A stretch of DNA of 60,187 nt, taken from Pseudomonadota bacterium (GTDB lineage: Bacteria > Bdellovibrionota > Bdellovibrionia > Bdellovibrionales > Bdellovibrionaceae). This document shows positions 18,988 to 29,548 of this stretch, piece after piece. How positions within the stretch are numbered: the first letter of the stretch is position 1; the number at the start of each line of letters is the position of its first letter. Location: the NCBI GenBank assembly GCA_041178425.1, contig JBEGVH010000023.1:1-60187 (forward strand). The letters run 5' to 3'. The position numbers and the translations under genes were made by a program. The notes below the pieces were generated by a model that was given only the letters and a program-made list of their open reading frames with translations, was not told the DNA's origin and did not search any database.

Positions 18988-20081
18988 TGCAACCAAAAAT
19001 CAGTATTATTTCGCCAGTCTATAATGTAGCACCTTACCTTGCTGAATGCATCAATTCGATTCGCCAACAAAGTTTCAGCGATTGGGAAGCAATTTTTGTT
19101 GATGACGGCTCAACCGATGGTTCACTTAAAATCTTGGAACTTGCAGCAAAAGAGGATTCTCGGATACGTTATTTCACTAAATCTAACGAGGGGCCCAATA
19201 GCGCTAGACAAGTTGGCCTAGCGAATTGCAGTGGAGATTTTGTTACATTTTTGGACGCCGATGATCTACTCCCCAAAAACGCTTTGGAACAGATGTATTT
19301 GAAAGCCTTGGCCCTAGATTTGGATATAGTAGTTGGGCAACAGTTTGTGGCCACTGAAGATACTACAACTGTTGTTGCCGACAATAGGCCTCAATATCCT
19401 ATCGAGAGGCGGTACCTTGGTATTTTTTCCTGGCAAGATACTGATTATGACACTTTATTCACATCAATTTGGTTTATGGTTTTTGGCAACAAACTGTACA
19501 AGAAGCATTTGTGGGATGGAATTAAATTCCCGCCAAAAATGAAAATGGCTGAGGATCAGATTGTGGTAAAGGAAGCAACCATGAGAGCCAAACGAATAAG
19601 TGCTATACCTGAATTCGTTTATATCTACAGAAAGCGGCCTGGGTCAGCAACGACTACTCGTAGTTCACATGCATTTGATGTTTTTCAATCCGCGGAACAT
19701 ATGTTCGAGCTTTTCAAAAGATTTGATGCATTTGAAAAATACCAACTAGCCCTATACAGATACTTTTACTTTTTATTTATTGTGCATTTGAGGGATTTTT
19801 TGAGTTATTCAAGTTGGCCAAAGTTTATATTTCAGATGCATAAAACAATTAGTGGCTGGGATTTAACCCCCGCCAAGCAATCCGACACCCAATATCCAGA
19901 AATAAGGGGAATATTGAAATTTAAAGAGAAAGGTCGAATTAATTGTTTTTATCTGCTGGCGTTTGAGTGTCTTCGAAAAGTTCGAGAGCAAGCACGTAGA
20001 TACCCTTTTTTCAGTAATAAGTTTACGATTTGGATCTATAGAATTGTGTTTCGACCAGTGCTGCGAAGTCTTTTTCGCTAA
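18987..20081 (+). CDS. GT2 glycosyltransferase
   Basis: ISIISPVYNV, VDDGSTDGS, FLDADD, AED. Confidence 0.88.
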   Translation: MQPKISIISPVYNVAPYLAECINSIRQQSFSDWEAIFVDDGSTDGSLKILELAAKEDSRIRYFTKSNEGPNSARQVGLANCSGDFVTFLDADDLLPKNALEQMYLKALALDLDIVVGQQFVATEDTTTVVADNRPQYPIERRYLGIFSWQDTDYDTLFTSIWFMVFGNKLYKKHLWDGIKFPPKMKMAEDQIVVKEATMRAKRISAIPEFVYIYRKRPGSATTTRSSHAFDVFQSAEHMFELFKRFDAFEKYQLALYRYFYFLFIVHLRDFLSYSSWPKFIFQMHKTISGWDLTPAKQSDTQYPEIRGILKFKEKGRINCFYLLAFECLRKVREQARRYPFFSNKFTIWIYRIVFRPVLRSLFR

Positions 20082-20185
20082 GCCCATAGAGTTTTTCGGC
20101 GCCCAAATCTTAAAAGGAAAGAAAAACTAATTCACTAGAGTAGTTTGTTTGCAAATGGGTTTTCTTTGGATAGGGGTGGGCGCAA

Positions 20186-21508
20186 TTAAAAGTTAAGCCC
20201 ACTAGCAAAGCTATTCGTAAAACTCCAAGGCTGGCCCTCACTTGCTGAACTGCATATGGGTGACACGGTGCTAGCGCTACCCTCTCGGCAAGGCGTGTCT
20301 CGGTCTAAACTCCAAAAGTGCACCCCTGCAATTTCATTCAGGCGGGCCCACTCAGTAACCGTGGGCACGTCAGCAAGGGCAAAGTACTCATTTGGCACGT
20401 CATTCAGCCCTATCATTGGTGTGATTTCGATATGCTCATTCGTTATACCAAAGCGTTCGGTCAGGTTTTTTGCTGCTTGAATGGCGGTTAAACCCATTTC
20501 ACATCGGCCCAGGGAATTAACTAGGCAGTTGTGGGGAGTTGGCTCACCGTAGTTCATAACCATGAGGTTAATTGTATAATTAACAATTGGAAAGTTGGCG
20601 AGGGCCATGATCACATTATAGCCAGCCGCATTGAGGTCACCAAATTGCGAGATTTTTGCAGAACCATCGCTGGATCCCCTTGTAGCCAAGGTGAAACTGA
20701 ATCGTAGGGCGGGAAAGTACCACTGGATTGCATGGACAGCTTTTACTAAATTTTCTATTTCGATTTTTGTTTGATTCGCTTCAATATCAAAGTCGATTCC
20801 AATCAAATTCTTAGTTACATATCTCTCTATAAAATCCTTCATGCCTTCTGGGGTATTGCAAGCGAAATTGCCGGCGGCCCCTCCGGTAGAAACAATATAG
20901 TTTAAATTATGAGCACTAAGTATCGGAATGTTTGCCTTTATAAAGGCGTCTGGCATCATGTCGCCCCATCTTTCATTTTCGCAAGAGCCAGTTGCAAAAG
21001 CTAAGGTTATCGCAGGCACGTTCGCTGGTAGACCACTCACTAATGGAATTGGCTTACCGCCAATAGTAATTGATACAGTGTACGTATGGCGATCTAATCC
21101 AACAGTGATATCCTTATAAGGGCTAAATATGAAATTAATTAATTTGATAGGCCTAGTTAAGTGGGCCAGGGCTGGGCCAAGGCGTTGGCTTGGGGTAATA
21201 CGCAGCTGTTTGCTGCCAAAATTTATCGCCGGCAGAACTTGCCAGGGAAATTGTATGGTTGGTTTTCCAATCTTGGCCTCTATCTTAAATCTATGCTCAT
21301 CAATAAAATTTTGGCCTAAATCACTTTTTTGGGTAGGTGCACTGATCGGCCAAGGTAAGGCTGTTACAATCGAACTAGCCAATTGGGAATGCCACTTAAG
21401 CTTTGCCCGCAGATATGGGATTAATTGGGGCGAAGCAATAGCCTCCGAAGTACCACTAAAAGTCGAAACAATAAATGCTAAAATAATCAAATGCATTTGT
21501 GTAACCAA
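20186..21508 (-). CDS. Secreted GH18 chitinase-like glycoside hydrolase
   Basis: FSPYKD, TLAFATG, VSTGGA, catalytic GIDFDIE, NLMVMNYG, TPMIGLND, HFWSLDRD. Signal-like N-terminus. Confidence 0.8.
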   Translation of the reverse strand: MVTQMHLIILAFIVSTFSGTSEAIASPQLIPYLRAKLKWHSQLASSIVTALPWPISAPTQKSDLGQNFIDEHRFKIEAKIGKPTIQFPWQVLPAINFGSKQLRITPSQRLGPALAHLTRPIKLINFIFSPYKDITVGLDRHTYTVSITIGGKPIPLVSGLPANVPAITLAFATGSCENERWGDMMPDAFIKANIPILSAHNLNYIVSTGGAAGNFACNTPEGMKDFIERYVTKNLIGIDFDIEANQTKIEIENLVKAVHAIQWYFPALRFSFTLATRGSSDGSAKISQFGDLNAAGYNVIMALANFPIVNYTINLMVMNYGEPTPHNCLVNSLGRCEMGLTAIQAAKNLTERFGITNEHIEITPMIGLNDVPNEYFALADVPTVTEWARLNEIAGVHFWSLDRDTPCREGSASTVSPICSSASEGQPWSFTNSFASGLNF

Positions 21509-21790
21509 GTTACCCCCTAGTTATAGGAAACAGAAAACTGGCCAATTCGGGCGATAGTTAGCTTAACGGCCGATACTTTAAAAAATCGCCTTAGAGAAGC
21601 ATAGTTAAGTTAATATAAAGTTACTGTGCTGATGGGCGCAATTCCAGTGGTTAATGCGCTTTGAGCGATTGCCGGCAAAGTTAAAGTTTATTTTCAATTA
21701 AACTTTAAACTTCGCGTTAAGGCCTAAGAGGCAGCCCTTCTCATCCCTCTTATAATTGCCATTTAACCCGAACACCAATAGAGTGGGGCG

Positions 21791-22123
21791 ATGAAAAATT
21801 TTAATTTGAACGCCATGGTTAAAGGTTGGTTTATTGGCAATTTCACACCCGCAGTTGTGAGAGATGATCGATTTGAGGTTGCGGTAAAATACTATCAAGC
21901 TGGTGATAAAGAATCTGCTCATCACCATAAAGTAGCTTATGAAATTACCTGCGTCGCCGAGGGCAAGGTCAGAATGAATGGGAAGGTATTTGTGGGTGGC
22001 GACATCATTTATTTGGAGCCAAATGAGGTTTCCGATTTTGAAGTACTAGAAAAAACGATCACGGTAGTAGTAAAAGCTCCTAGTGTAGCCGGAGACAAAT
22101 ACTTGGAGGGTAATAATGATTAA
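21791..22123 (+). CDS. Cupin-domain protein
   Basis: KGWFIGNF, HHHKVAYE metal-binding motif, VVVKAPS. Confidence 0.8.
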   Translation: MKNFNLNAMVKGWFIGNFTPAVVRDDRFEVAVKYYQAGDKESAHHHKVAYEITCVAEGKVRMNGKVFVGGDIIYLEPNEVSDFEVLEKTITVVVKAPSVAGDKYLEGNND

Positions 22124-22880
22124 TATTGTAATTCCAATGGCTGGCAGAGGTAGCCGATTTGCAAAGGTTGGATACGAAGTGCCTAAACCTTTAATACCAG
22201 TTGGCGAAAGGGCGATGATAGAACTAGTCATAGCGAACTTGCGACCAAGCCAACCACACAGATTTATCTTCATTGCGCAAAATGAACACATTATCACTTA
22301 TGAATTAGGGCACAAGTTGCGAAAGTGGGCTGGTGAAAATAGTATTTTAATAGGGATTGATGGTGTTACGGAGGGTGCTGCGTGCACAGTCCTGACAGCA
22401 AAAGAACATATAAATAATGAAAGTCATTTAATGATTGCGAATAGCGACCAGTGGATTGAGTTTGATATTGATTCCTATCTCAAGTCTTTCGAAAGGTCCA
22501 TTGATGGCTTGATTATGACTATGAAAGCGAATGATCCGAAGTGGTCATTCATTAAATATGAAAATAATCGAGTAGCTGATGTTGTTGAAAAAAAAGTAAT
22601 CTCCGATGAAGCAACTGTTGGGATTTATAATTTTAGGCATGGTCGAGATTTTGTTAACGCCGCCGAAAGAATGATTGCAAAAAATTTAAGAGTTAATAAT
22701 GAATTTTATGTGGCACCAGCTTACAATCAACTAATTAAGGAAGGTCATCAAATTGGATTTTACAACATTGGCTCCGAGCTTGACGGCATGTATGGCCTCG
22801 GAACTCCAGAAGATCTAAACAAATTTAATGAACTTGTTGCGCTGCGAAGGTTGGCTTTATATGAAAAGCTTACCAATTGA
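22116..22880 (+). CDS. BcbE-like sugar nucleotidyltransferase/GT-A protein
   Basis: IPMAGRGSRF, PKPLI, TEGAACT, ANSDQ, NEFYVAP, GLGTPEDL. Confidence 0.85.
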   Translation: MINIVIPMAGRGSRFAKVGYEVPKPLIPVGERAMIELVIANLRPSQPHRFIFIAQNEHIITYELGHKLRKWAGENSILIGIDGVTEGAACTVLTAKEHINNESHLMIANSDQWIEFDIDSYLKSFERSIDGLIMTMKANDPKWSFIKYENNRVADVVEKKVISDEATVGIYNFRHGRDFVNAAERMIAKNLRVNNEFYVAPAYNQLIKEGHQIGFYNIGSELDGMYGLGTPEDLNKFNELVALRRLALYEKLTN

Positions 22881-23505
22881 AATCCTAGCCCACAGAGGTT
22901 ATTGGCTAAATCCATCAGAAAAGAATACAAGTATTGCGTTTAGGCGCGCTATAGATGCTGGATTTGGGATTGAAACGGATTTTCGAGATTTTAATGAGCA
23001 ACTTTTTTTAGCTCATAATGTTTGTGATAATAGAATTCCTGCTGATAATTTTTTTGATTTAGTAAGGGATCGAAAGTTAAAAATTGCCATAAATATTAAA
23101 TCTTGTGGCCTGGTAGAACTGTTGAAGCCTTACCTGGAAAGTATTAACTGTTTTATTTTTGATTGTAGCATTCCCGATTTGATGTCGTATATTCAATGTG
23201 GGGTGCCTGTTTTTTGGCGATTAAGTGAATACGAGAAAGTTGAGCCTGCGATTTTACCTAAAATTGCAGGCTTTTGGGTTGATCAGTTTCACAAAACTTG
23301 GTTCTCGGAATCTGATCTTGATGCCCTGTTGGGCTATCAAAAACAAATTTGTATAGTTTCGCCTGAGTTGCATGGAAGATCCCATTTGGAGTGTTGGCAT
23401 ATGCTAAAGGATTTTCTGAAGAAAAAGGAAGATTCCTCGCCTCAAATTATAATTTGTACTGATTTGCCCGCGCAATGCAGGGAGTATTTTAATGAAGCAA
23501 ATTAA
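22861..23505 (+). CDS. GDPD-like phosphodiesterase fold protein
   Basis: ILAHRG, EKNT, GIETD, VSPELH, ICTD. ATG 22861 is preferred over 22828. Confidence 0.75.
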   Translation: MKSLPIEILAHRGYWLNPSEKNTSIAFRRAIDAGFGIETDFRDFNEQLFLAHNVCDNRIPADNFFDLVRDRKLKIAINIKSCGLVELLKPYLESINCFIFDCSIPDLMSYIQCGVPVFWRLSEYEKVEPAILPKIAGFWVDQFHKTWFSESDLDALLGYQKQICIVSPELHGRSHLECWHMLKDFLKKKEDSSPQIIICTDLPAQCREYFNEAN

Positions 23506-24121
23506 AGCGTTGTTATTTGACATGGATGGTGTGCTAATTGATGCTAAAGATTGGCATTACGAGGCCCTAAATAAGGCACTAGGGCTTTTTGGGCATCAAA
23601 TATCTAGGTATGATCACTTGGTGACATTTGATGGCTTGCCAACCAAGAAAAAATTAGAAATGCTGACCAAAGAGCGTGGTTTTCCGCCGGGCCTGCATAA
23701 GTTTGTGAATAAATTAAAGCAAGAATATACGATTGAGCTAATTCATAAATTTTGTAAGCCCGTATTTGCACATCAATATGCCCTATCCCACCTGAAACGA
23801 AAAGGTTTTAAAATAGCTGTATGCTCGAACTCCATCAGACAAACAATTGATCTGATGATGCAGAAGTCTAATTTGAATAATTTTATTGATTTAATTGTGT
23901 CAAATGAAGACGTAAAGAATCCAAAGCCGAATCCAGAAATTTATTTGCAGGCGATGAATTATTTTGGTGTTGCCCCAACCGAGAGTTTAATTTTTGAAGA
24001 TAATCAGCATGGCATTGAAGCTGCAAATAAGAGTGGTGGATATTTGTTTAAGGTCGGCACGCCGAAGGATATTGAGTTTCATAGTATACTAAAAAAAATT
24101 GAGGAAATTGAGGGTCTTTAA
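23492..24121 (+). CDS. HAD-family phosphatase
   Basis: FDMDGVL, CSNS, KPNPEIY, FED. Confidence 0.88.
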   Translation: MKQIKALLFDMDGVLIDAKDWHYEALNKALGLFGHQISRYDHLVTFDGLPTKKKLEMLTKERGFPPGLHKFVNKLKQEYTIELIHKFCKPVFAHQYALSHLKRKGFKIAVCSNSIRQTIDLMMQKSNLNNFIDLIVSNEDVKNPKPNPEIYLQAMNYFGVAPTESLIFEDNQHGIEAANKSGGYLFKVGTPKDIEFHSILKKIEEIEGL

Positions 24122-24123
24122 AG

Positions 24124-24864
24124 ATGATTAATATTTTGGTTCCTTTGGCGGGCAAGTCGCGATTTTTCTCGGAAGCAAAAGATGGTTTTCCAAAGCCTCT
24201 TGTTGAGATTCTTGGTATGCCGATGGTTCAACATTCACTTAACGCCCTCAGCACCTCATTTAGTGGGGCCAATTTTATCTTTGTTCTAGCAAAAGATGAT
24301 TGTGAACGTTACCATTTAGATAAGACTATAGATTTGATTTTGGGGAAAAAATCTAGTTTTTATCTGCAAGACGGGCAAACTGCTGGTGCTGCATGTTCGT
24401 GTCTTCTGGCCATTGATGAGATAGATAATGATAAGCCTTTGGTTGTTTGTAATCCTGATCAGAAAATTGATATTGATCTAACACTAGCTATCGAGCATTT
24501 TATTAATACAAAGTGTGATGCTGGGGTAATCACTTTCAATGCCGTTCATCCACAGTGGTCTTATGTTAGGATTGGTGCTGACGGCGTTGTGTGTGAGGCT
24601 GCCGAAAAAAATCCGATTTCTAAAAATGCTATTGCGGGCTTCTATTACTTTCGTAAAGGCTCGAGTTTCGTGCGAGCCACCCAAACGATGATTCTCAAAG
24701 ATGCACGAGTGAATCAAAGTTTTTATATTGCGCCCTGTTTGAATGAATTAATTTTAGATGGGGCACTGATAAGCAACTACCCAATTCCCGCAGAGCTTTA
24801 TCACTCGTTTTATTCGTATGATAAAATTAAAGAGTTTGAGGCTATTGCAAATAAACGGGTATGA
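24124..24864 (+). CDS. Second BcbE-like sugar nucleotidyltransferase/GT-A protein
   Basis: VPLAGKSRF, PKPLV, TAGAACS, CNPDQ, FYIAP. Confidence 0.82.
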   Translation: MINILVPLAGKSRFFSEAKDGFPKPLVEILGMPMVQHSLNALSTSFSGANFIFVLAKDDCERYHLDKTIDLILGKKSSFYLQDGQTAGAACSCLLAIDEIDNDKPLVVCNPDQKIDIDLTLAIEHFINTKCDAGVITFNAVHPQWSYVRIGADGVVCEAAEKNPISKNAIAGFYYFRKGSSFVRATQTMILKDARVNQSFYIAPCLNELILDGALISNYPIPAELYHSFYSYDKIKEFEAIANKRV

Positions 24865-25253
24865 AGAACTAGAAACATTGATTGGCTGATGATCTTTCCT
24901 AAAAGAAAGTGCGCCTCAAATATTACAGGCTGGTATTTAGTGCGCCACCGTTAGTCGACCAACTGGCTGAGAATAAGTCAGATGTGCTTAGATGTTAAAT
25001 CTCAGTCACCACCCGATAGAACTGAATCGATTTAAGCAGCAGTCTTTTGTTCCATCGGTTATGCCATAGACTCTCTAAATGCCTGAAGTAGAGTTCTTCC
25101 TTTAGATAGCCATCGTGTGGTCGGCGTTCATTATACTTCCCCTAATAGCTATCTAAATTATTCCGAAATTCCTCTGTAGATTTATACCAATTTTCCATGA
25201 AGTCTTTGGCAAAGAACTCAACCTTGAGGATTCTGGGGAACCTCGCTAAGAAG

Positions 25254-26204
25254 CTATTGGGCCATGGGCTTGTCGGATGTATTTAGGCTACTAATGCCGG
25301 CCCACTCGTCCTCTTGGTTATGGAGCAGTATAGCTTGCAAAGCGGCTAACAAATTATCACGTATTTCGTCTCTCTCTAATGCCAGTTCAATGTTGGCTCG
25401 CAGAAAATCCACCTTATTTCCCGTATCAAATCTTCTCGCCCGCATGGGTAGGGCCCATAGGCCCTCATGCCTCGCTAGTAGTTCGATCGAATCGGTCAGC
25501 TGGATTTCACCATTCTTTGTTGGTTTTGCCTCAGCTAAAAAATTGAAAATGGTTGGGGTAAATACGTAACGGCCAGGCAGGGCGTAATTGCTTGGAGCTT
25601 CTTCGGGTTTGGGTTTTTCGACGAGGCCTGTAACTTTGACCCCGCTGGCATTAAATGATCCATCAAAAGCAATAACACCATACTTTTCAGTATCGGCTCT
25701 GGGCACTTCCATCACTGTAATAGCAGAGGTTCCTGTTTGGGCGTATTTCTCGATAAGATGGGCTGTGGGGTTAGTAGAGGGGTCTTTTGAAATGGTAATT
25801 TCATCACCCAACATTACTACGAAGGGTTCGGTACCAACTACGGGGCGAGCGCAGAGAACGGCGTGGCCGAGGCCTAAGGCAACCTTTTGGCGCACGGAAA
25901 TGAAATTAGCGGCTTCGCGAATAGGTTGAAAGGTTTTTAGCAGGTTGGTTTTGCCATCAGCGGTTAATTTAGTTTCGAGTTCGAAGGTGATATCGAAGTA
26001 ATCTTCAATGGAAGTTTTACCGCGTCCCTGAATAAGCACGATGTCTTTGATGCCGGCTTGGAGTGCTTCTTCCACCACATATTGAATGGCCGGTTTGTCG
26101 ACGATGGGGAGCATTTCTTTTGGAATTGTTTTGGTGACTGGTAAAAAACGTGTCCCAAGACCGGCAACGGGAATAACGGCTTTTCTAACGGGTTTCAGAC
26201 TCAT
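25254..26204 (-). CDS. galU: UTP-glucose-1-phosphate uridylyltransferase
   Basis: KAVIPVAGLGTRFLP, PKEMLP, LGLGHAV, VEKP, GEIQLTD. Start at MSLKPVRK. Confidence 0.93.
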   Translation of the reverse strand: MSLKPVRKAVIPVAGLGTRFLPVTKTIPKEMLPIVDKPAIQYVVEEALQAGIKDIVLIQGRGKTSIEDYFDITFELETKLTADGKTNLLKTFQPIREAANFISVRQKVALGLGHAVLCARPVVGTEPFVVMLGDEITISKDPSTNPTAHLIEKYAQTGTSAITVMEVPRADTEKYGVIAFDGSFNASGVKVTGLVEKPKPEEAPSNYALPGRYVFTPTIFNFLAEAKPTKNGEIQLTDSIELLARHEGLWALPMRARRFDTGNKVDFLRANIELALERDEIRDNLLAALQAILLHNQEDEWAGISSLNTSDKPMAQ

Positions 26205-26446
26205 AAAAAATATCCTCTGAGGCAGTGTTTTGCAAGAGCTGCTATTTAAAGCTAGGTCCATTAAAAAGGCAAATATTGTTGGCAGAGGCAGTTCCTGGGA
26301 CTTTCTTTCGCACCGCGCGTTTGAGAACCTCTAGCCTAGGCCATAGCAAGATTGATGCAATTCAAAGGGTGCATGGCTCGCAATATAGCTTTGACGTTTA
26401 GTTAATGATGTTTTTCATATGGCTTTTGAGTTTGGAGGGAGATGCA

Positions 26447-28393
26447 ATGAAGACTGATTTCACAAAAAGATTGCCCAACTTGGTTTTGAAAACCGGGACA
26501 CCTTCAGTTTTGTTGCTATTGACCCTAATAATTTTTCGTTCGCTTAACGATTCGGTAAATATACCGACCTTCCACCTAGACGGCGCATTCCAAACCGCGA
26601 GTGGTTTGTTTAGGCTAAATGCGGGGCAATTCCCAGGGCGCGATTTTTTACCCTACCTCGGCATTGGACCAATTTTTTCGATTTATCCCGTTTTTAAATT
26701 AGCGGGGGCAAATCTAGCGGCAAGTGTTTTTTCGGCCAAATTTACGACGTTGGTTTTTGGTTGGTTTGCAATCTCGGTACTTTGGCAGCTCATTTTTCAG
26801 CCTCGCAATCGAAACTCATCGTTGATTGCAGGTGGCTATATTTTCTTTGCGCCTTTTTTAATAGGTCTATTGGCCTTTGCTACCCAACCCGGCAACTCTC
26901 TCAAGCCCATCCGGTCTGTTATACCGTACCTCGTGGCGGGGGCATCAATGTATATAAATAAGCGTTACCAGAACCCGCTTCGGCCTATTCTTTTGGGGTT
27001 TATAATCGGCGCCGCGCTGCTTTGGTCGAACGACTTTGCTATCCCCACGGCCACCCTATTTTTAGTTTTTTTTGTTGGGTACTTTTACTTCGTTGATAAA
27101 ACGACTTGGAAAAAGAGTATTAGCTGGCTTTTGCTGACTACAATTTTAAGTTGGATTCTAATGATTACATTGGCAACAGCTGGCCACCCAATGGAGTTAC
27201 TCAAGTATAATTTTATAGATGTAGCAAGAGCTCAATGGTGGTATTTCGGGCCCTACGCGCCGGCATCTCGCATATTTGAGTTTGGGCATTTGCTAAAACT
27301 AGTATCGCCAGAGACCTACTTTCCCTTATGTGTTCTAATCATAAGTGCATTGGTCGCCATTAAGACAAAAACGACCGAATATTTTTTGCTGGCTGGGATT
27401 GGGTTGGTTTTGTTCTTTGGTGGCGTGCTGCCTTCCGTGGGGGGGCATCTAGGGGATTACTTTGGCGCGTTTAATTTTTGGGGGGTGGCTACTGCCATAG
27501 TCGCTTGTCTTAAAGGCATAGAGTATTTATTGATCAAAGATTTGGTCCCTAAAATTCGTAACCTCGATCGATTCAAAAGAGGCTTAATAACGTGTCTATT
27601 TTGCTATTTGCTTCTAGGGGTGATTGGCGAAATTTATAGATATGAGAAGAAAGTAAGTATTGCCAAGTATGATACCTCTCGTTTCTACGTTAAAGAACTT
27701 GGGGGCTACCTCAACAACAAATGGGTTGATTACATTAACTATGCCCGTGAGAACAAGCACGGCAAGGTTATAGAAGAGTATTGGGGCCTTTTTAGTGCCT
27801 TAAACAGCAGTCTGCCTGCCTGGCCGGTCGATTCGGTCATTCATGCACTAGGGAATACTCGCGAGCCTGCTAAGGTCGCTATAAATGTTGCCGATGTCGT
27901 TGTCACAACTCGATTTGTAGCTGCCCGAGATGCCCAGCCTTGGAGTCTGAGTCAGAATTTTTGGTTTTATGAGGAACTACTGGCCAAGTGGGTACCAATT
28001 TTTATCTCCCCCACGACCGTGGTTTGGCAAAAAGGCCAAGGGGCGTCCAAAGCCACGGCTGTCAAATGCAATGTTTTAGGAGGTAAAAATAGTTTGGAGC
28101 TGCAGGCAGGGGATGAGGGATTTTATATGGTGAAATTTAATTACAGTACCTCGGGCGAGGGTCGTTACCTCTTGATGTTTAGGAATAATATTTCTTTCGC
28201 CGCTGATGCCGACGGTTACGTTTCTCTGCCTCCGGAGCCGTCGACGACAACAATTCCTGTTCTAATAACCAAGGCTTCAGGAAAAGTTCTCGATTCCAAA
28301 ATTATAGGTGGCGCCGAGATTAATTTTACTATTGAATCCTGTGTGGCAGAGAAGTTGGCTTTTGATAACGCTGAGGTTATTCCCCGCAAATAG
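26447..28393 (+). CDS. Multi-pass membrane protein, possible GT-C-like glycosyltransferase
   Basis: Many TM segments plus a soluble C-terminal domain. GGAGGG precedes ATG 26447. Function inferred from context. Confidence 0.7.
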   Translation: MKTDFTKRLPNLVLKTGTPSVLLLLTLIIFRSLNDSVNIPTFHLDGAFQTASGLFRLNAGQFPGRDFLPYLGIGPIFSIYPVFKLAGANLAASVFSAKFTTLVFGWFAISVLWQLIFQPRNRNSSLIAGGYIFFAPFLIGLLAFATQPGNSLKPIRSVIPYLVAGASMYINKRYQNPLRPILLGFIIGAALLWSNDFAIPTATLFLVFFVGYFYFVDKTTWKKSISWLLLTTILSWILMITLATAGHPMELLKYNFIDVARAQWWYFGPYAPASRIFEFGHLLKLVSPETYFPLCVLIISALVAIKTKTTEYFLLAGIGLVLFFGGVLPSVGGHLGDYFGAFNFWGVATAIVACLKGIEYLLIKDLVPKIRNLDRFKRGLITCLFCYLLLGVIGEIYRYEKKVSIAKYDTSRFYVKELGGYLNNKWVDYINYARENKHGKVIEEYWGLFSALNSSLPAWPVDSVIHALGNTREPAKVAINVADVVVTTRFVAARDAQPWSLSQNFWFYEELLAKWVPIFISPTTVVWQKGQGASKATAVKCNVLGGKNSLELQAGDEGFYMVKFNYSTSGEGRYLLMFRNNISFAADADGYVSLPPEPSTTTIPVLITKASGKVLDSKIIGGAEINFTIESCVAEKLAFDNAEVIPRK

Positions 28394-28546
28394 GTTTACA
28401 ATTGATAATATTTTCCAGTCGAAAAGGTCATAACTGCTTGAAATTATTTAGAGTATTCAAGAGTATGGCCTAGCTAGAGCGGGGCAATTGGCAATGGGTG
28501 CTACCTGTGGTAACACCTCAAGAATCTAATTCAAGGAGTTCTCTAA

Positions 28547-29548
28547 ATGAAGACCTACTCGTGCTTTCTTTCGGTTGTGCTTGTCGTGCGAAATAGTGAA
28601 GCCTTGCTCCGACCGATGTTGGCGGAGGTCGGGCAGCTCGTTGAGCCACTTGTGCAAGATTATGAAATTGTGGTTGTTGATAATGCATCTACAGACGCGA
28701 GTGTTGAAGTTCTGAAAGACCTGACTAAAGAAAACGGGCTTCCTAACTTGCAGATCTATGCCCTAACCAAAGAAGTGGATACCGATACGGCCTCGTGGGT
28801 TGGGTTAGAGAACGCGTTGGGTGATTTGGTCGTAGTGCTGGATCCATTTCGAGATTCGATCAGGCTGCTGCCAACCATGCTCGATTCTTCGGCCTCTGGC
28901 CGAGACGTTGTCTTTGCTAAGAATACGATTCAGGAACAAAATGGACTGATGTATAATTTATGTCAGTCGCTTTTCAATGTCTTGTATCGATGGGCTAGTG
29001 GTCTGAATTTGGCAGCAGAGGCGCCCCAGTATCGAATAGTGAGCCGAAGGGTAATTAATTATATTTTACAGCACTCAATGCCAGCCTTGGCTTACAAATA
29101 CTTGCCTGCTACCGGAGGCTTTTCGAAACAATACATTCAGTATGAGTTTGTGGCCGATACTAAAAAGGAAAAAAACTTGTTTGATTCGATCGAGCGTGGA
29201 ATCAAGCTGTTGGTTTCGACCACGAGAGGGCCAATGCGAATCGTCACTGGCCTCTCTTTGTTTGGTGCGATCTCTAACCTTTGCTATTCGGTTTATGTTT
29301 TGGGTGTAGCTTTTTTTAAGACCAACATAGCTCCCGGGTGGGTGACCCTTTCACTCCAGCAATCAGGAATGTTTTTTTTAATTTCTATGGTTTTGCTGGT
29401 CCTCGGTGAATACATTCTGCATATGAGCAGTCTAACAAATGAGGCTCCGCCCTATTATGTTGGCCAAGAGTTCACCAGCGCGGTAGTTAGACGCAGAAAG
29501 AAGCTTAACATTGAAGTTGTGGGGCAACCTGAGCAGACTCAAAAATAA
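28547..29548 (+). CDS. GtrB/ArnC-like GT2 with two C-terminal TM helices
   Basis: YEIVVVDNASTD, C-terminal TM pair ending LGEYI. Confidence 0.8.
   Translation: MKTYSCFLSVVLVVRNSEALLRPMLAEVGQLVEPLVQDYEIVVVDNASTDASVEVLKDLTKENGLPNLQIYALTKEVDTDTASWVGLENALGDLVVVLDPFRDSIRLLPTMLDSSASGRDVVFAKNTIQEQNGLMYNLCQSLFNVLYRWASGLNLAAEAPQYRIVSRRVINYILQHSMPALAYKYLPATGGFSKQYIQYEFVADTKKEKNLFDSIERGIKLLVSTTRGPMRIVTGLSLFGAISNLCYSVYVLGVAFFKTNIAPGWVTLSLQQSGMFFLISMVLLVLGEYILHMSSLTNEAPPYYVGQEFTSAVVRRRKKLNIEVVGQPEQTQK

Noticed and set aside
24865..25253. ~390-bp gap between convergent genes
   Set aside because: No ORF, repeat or stable structure that I could support.
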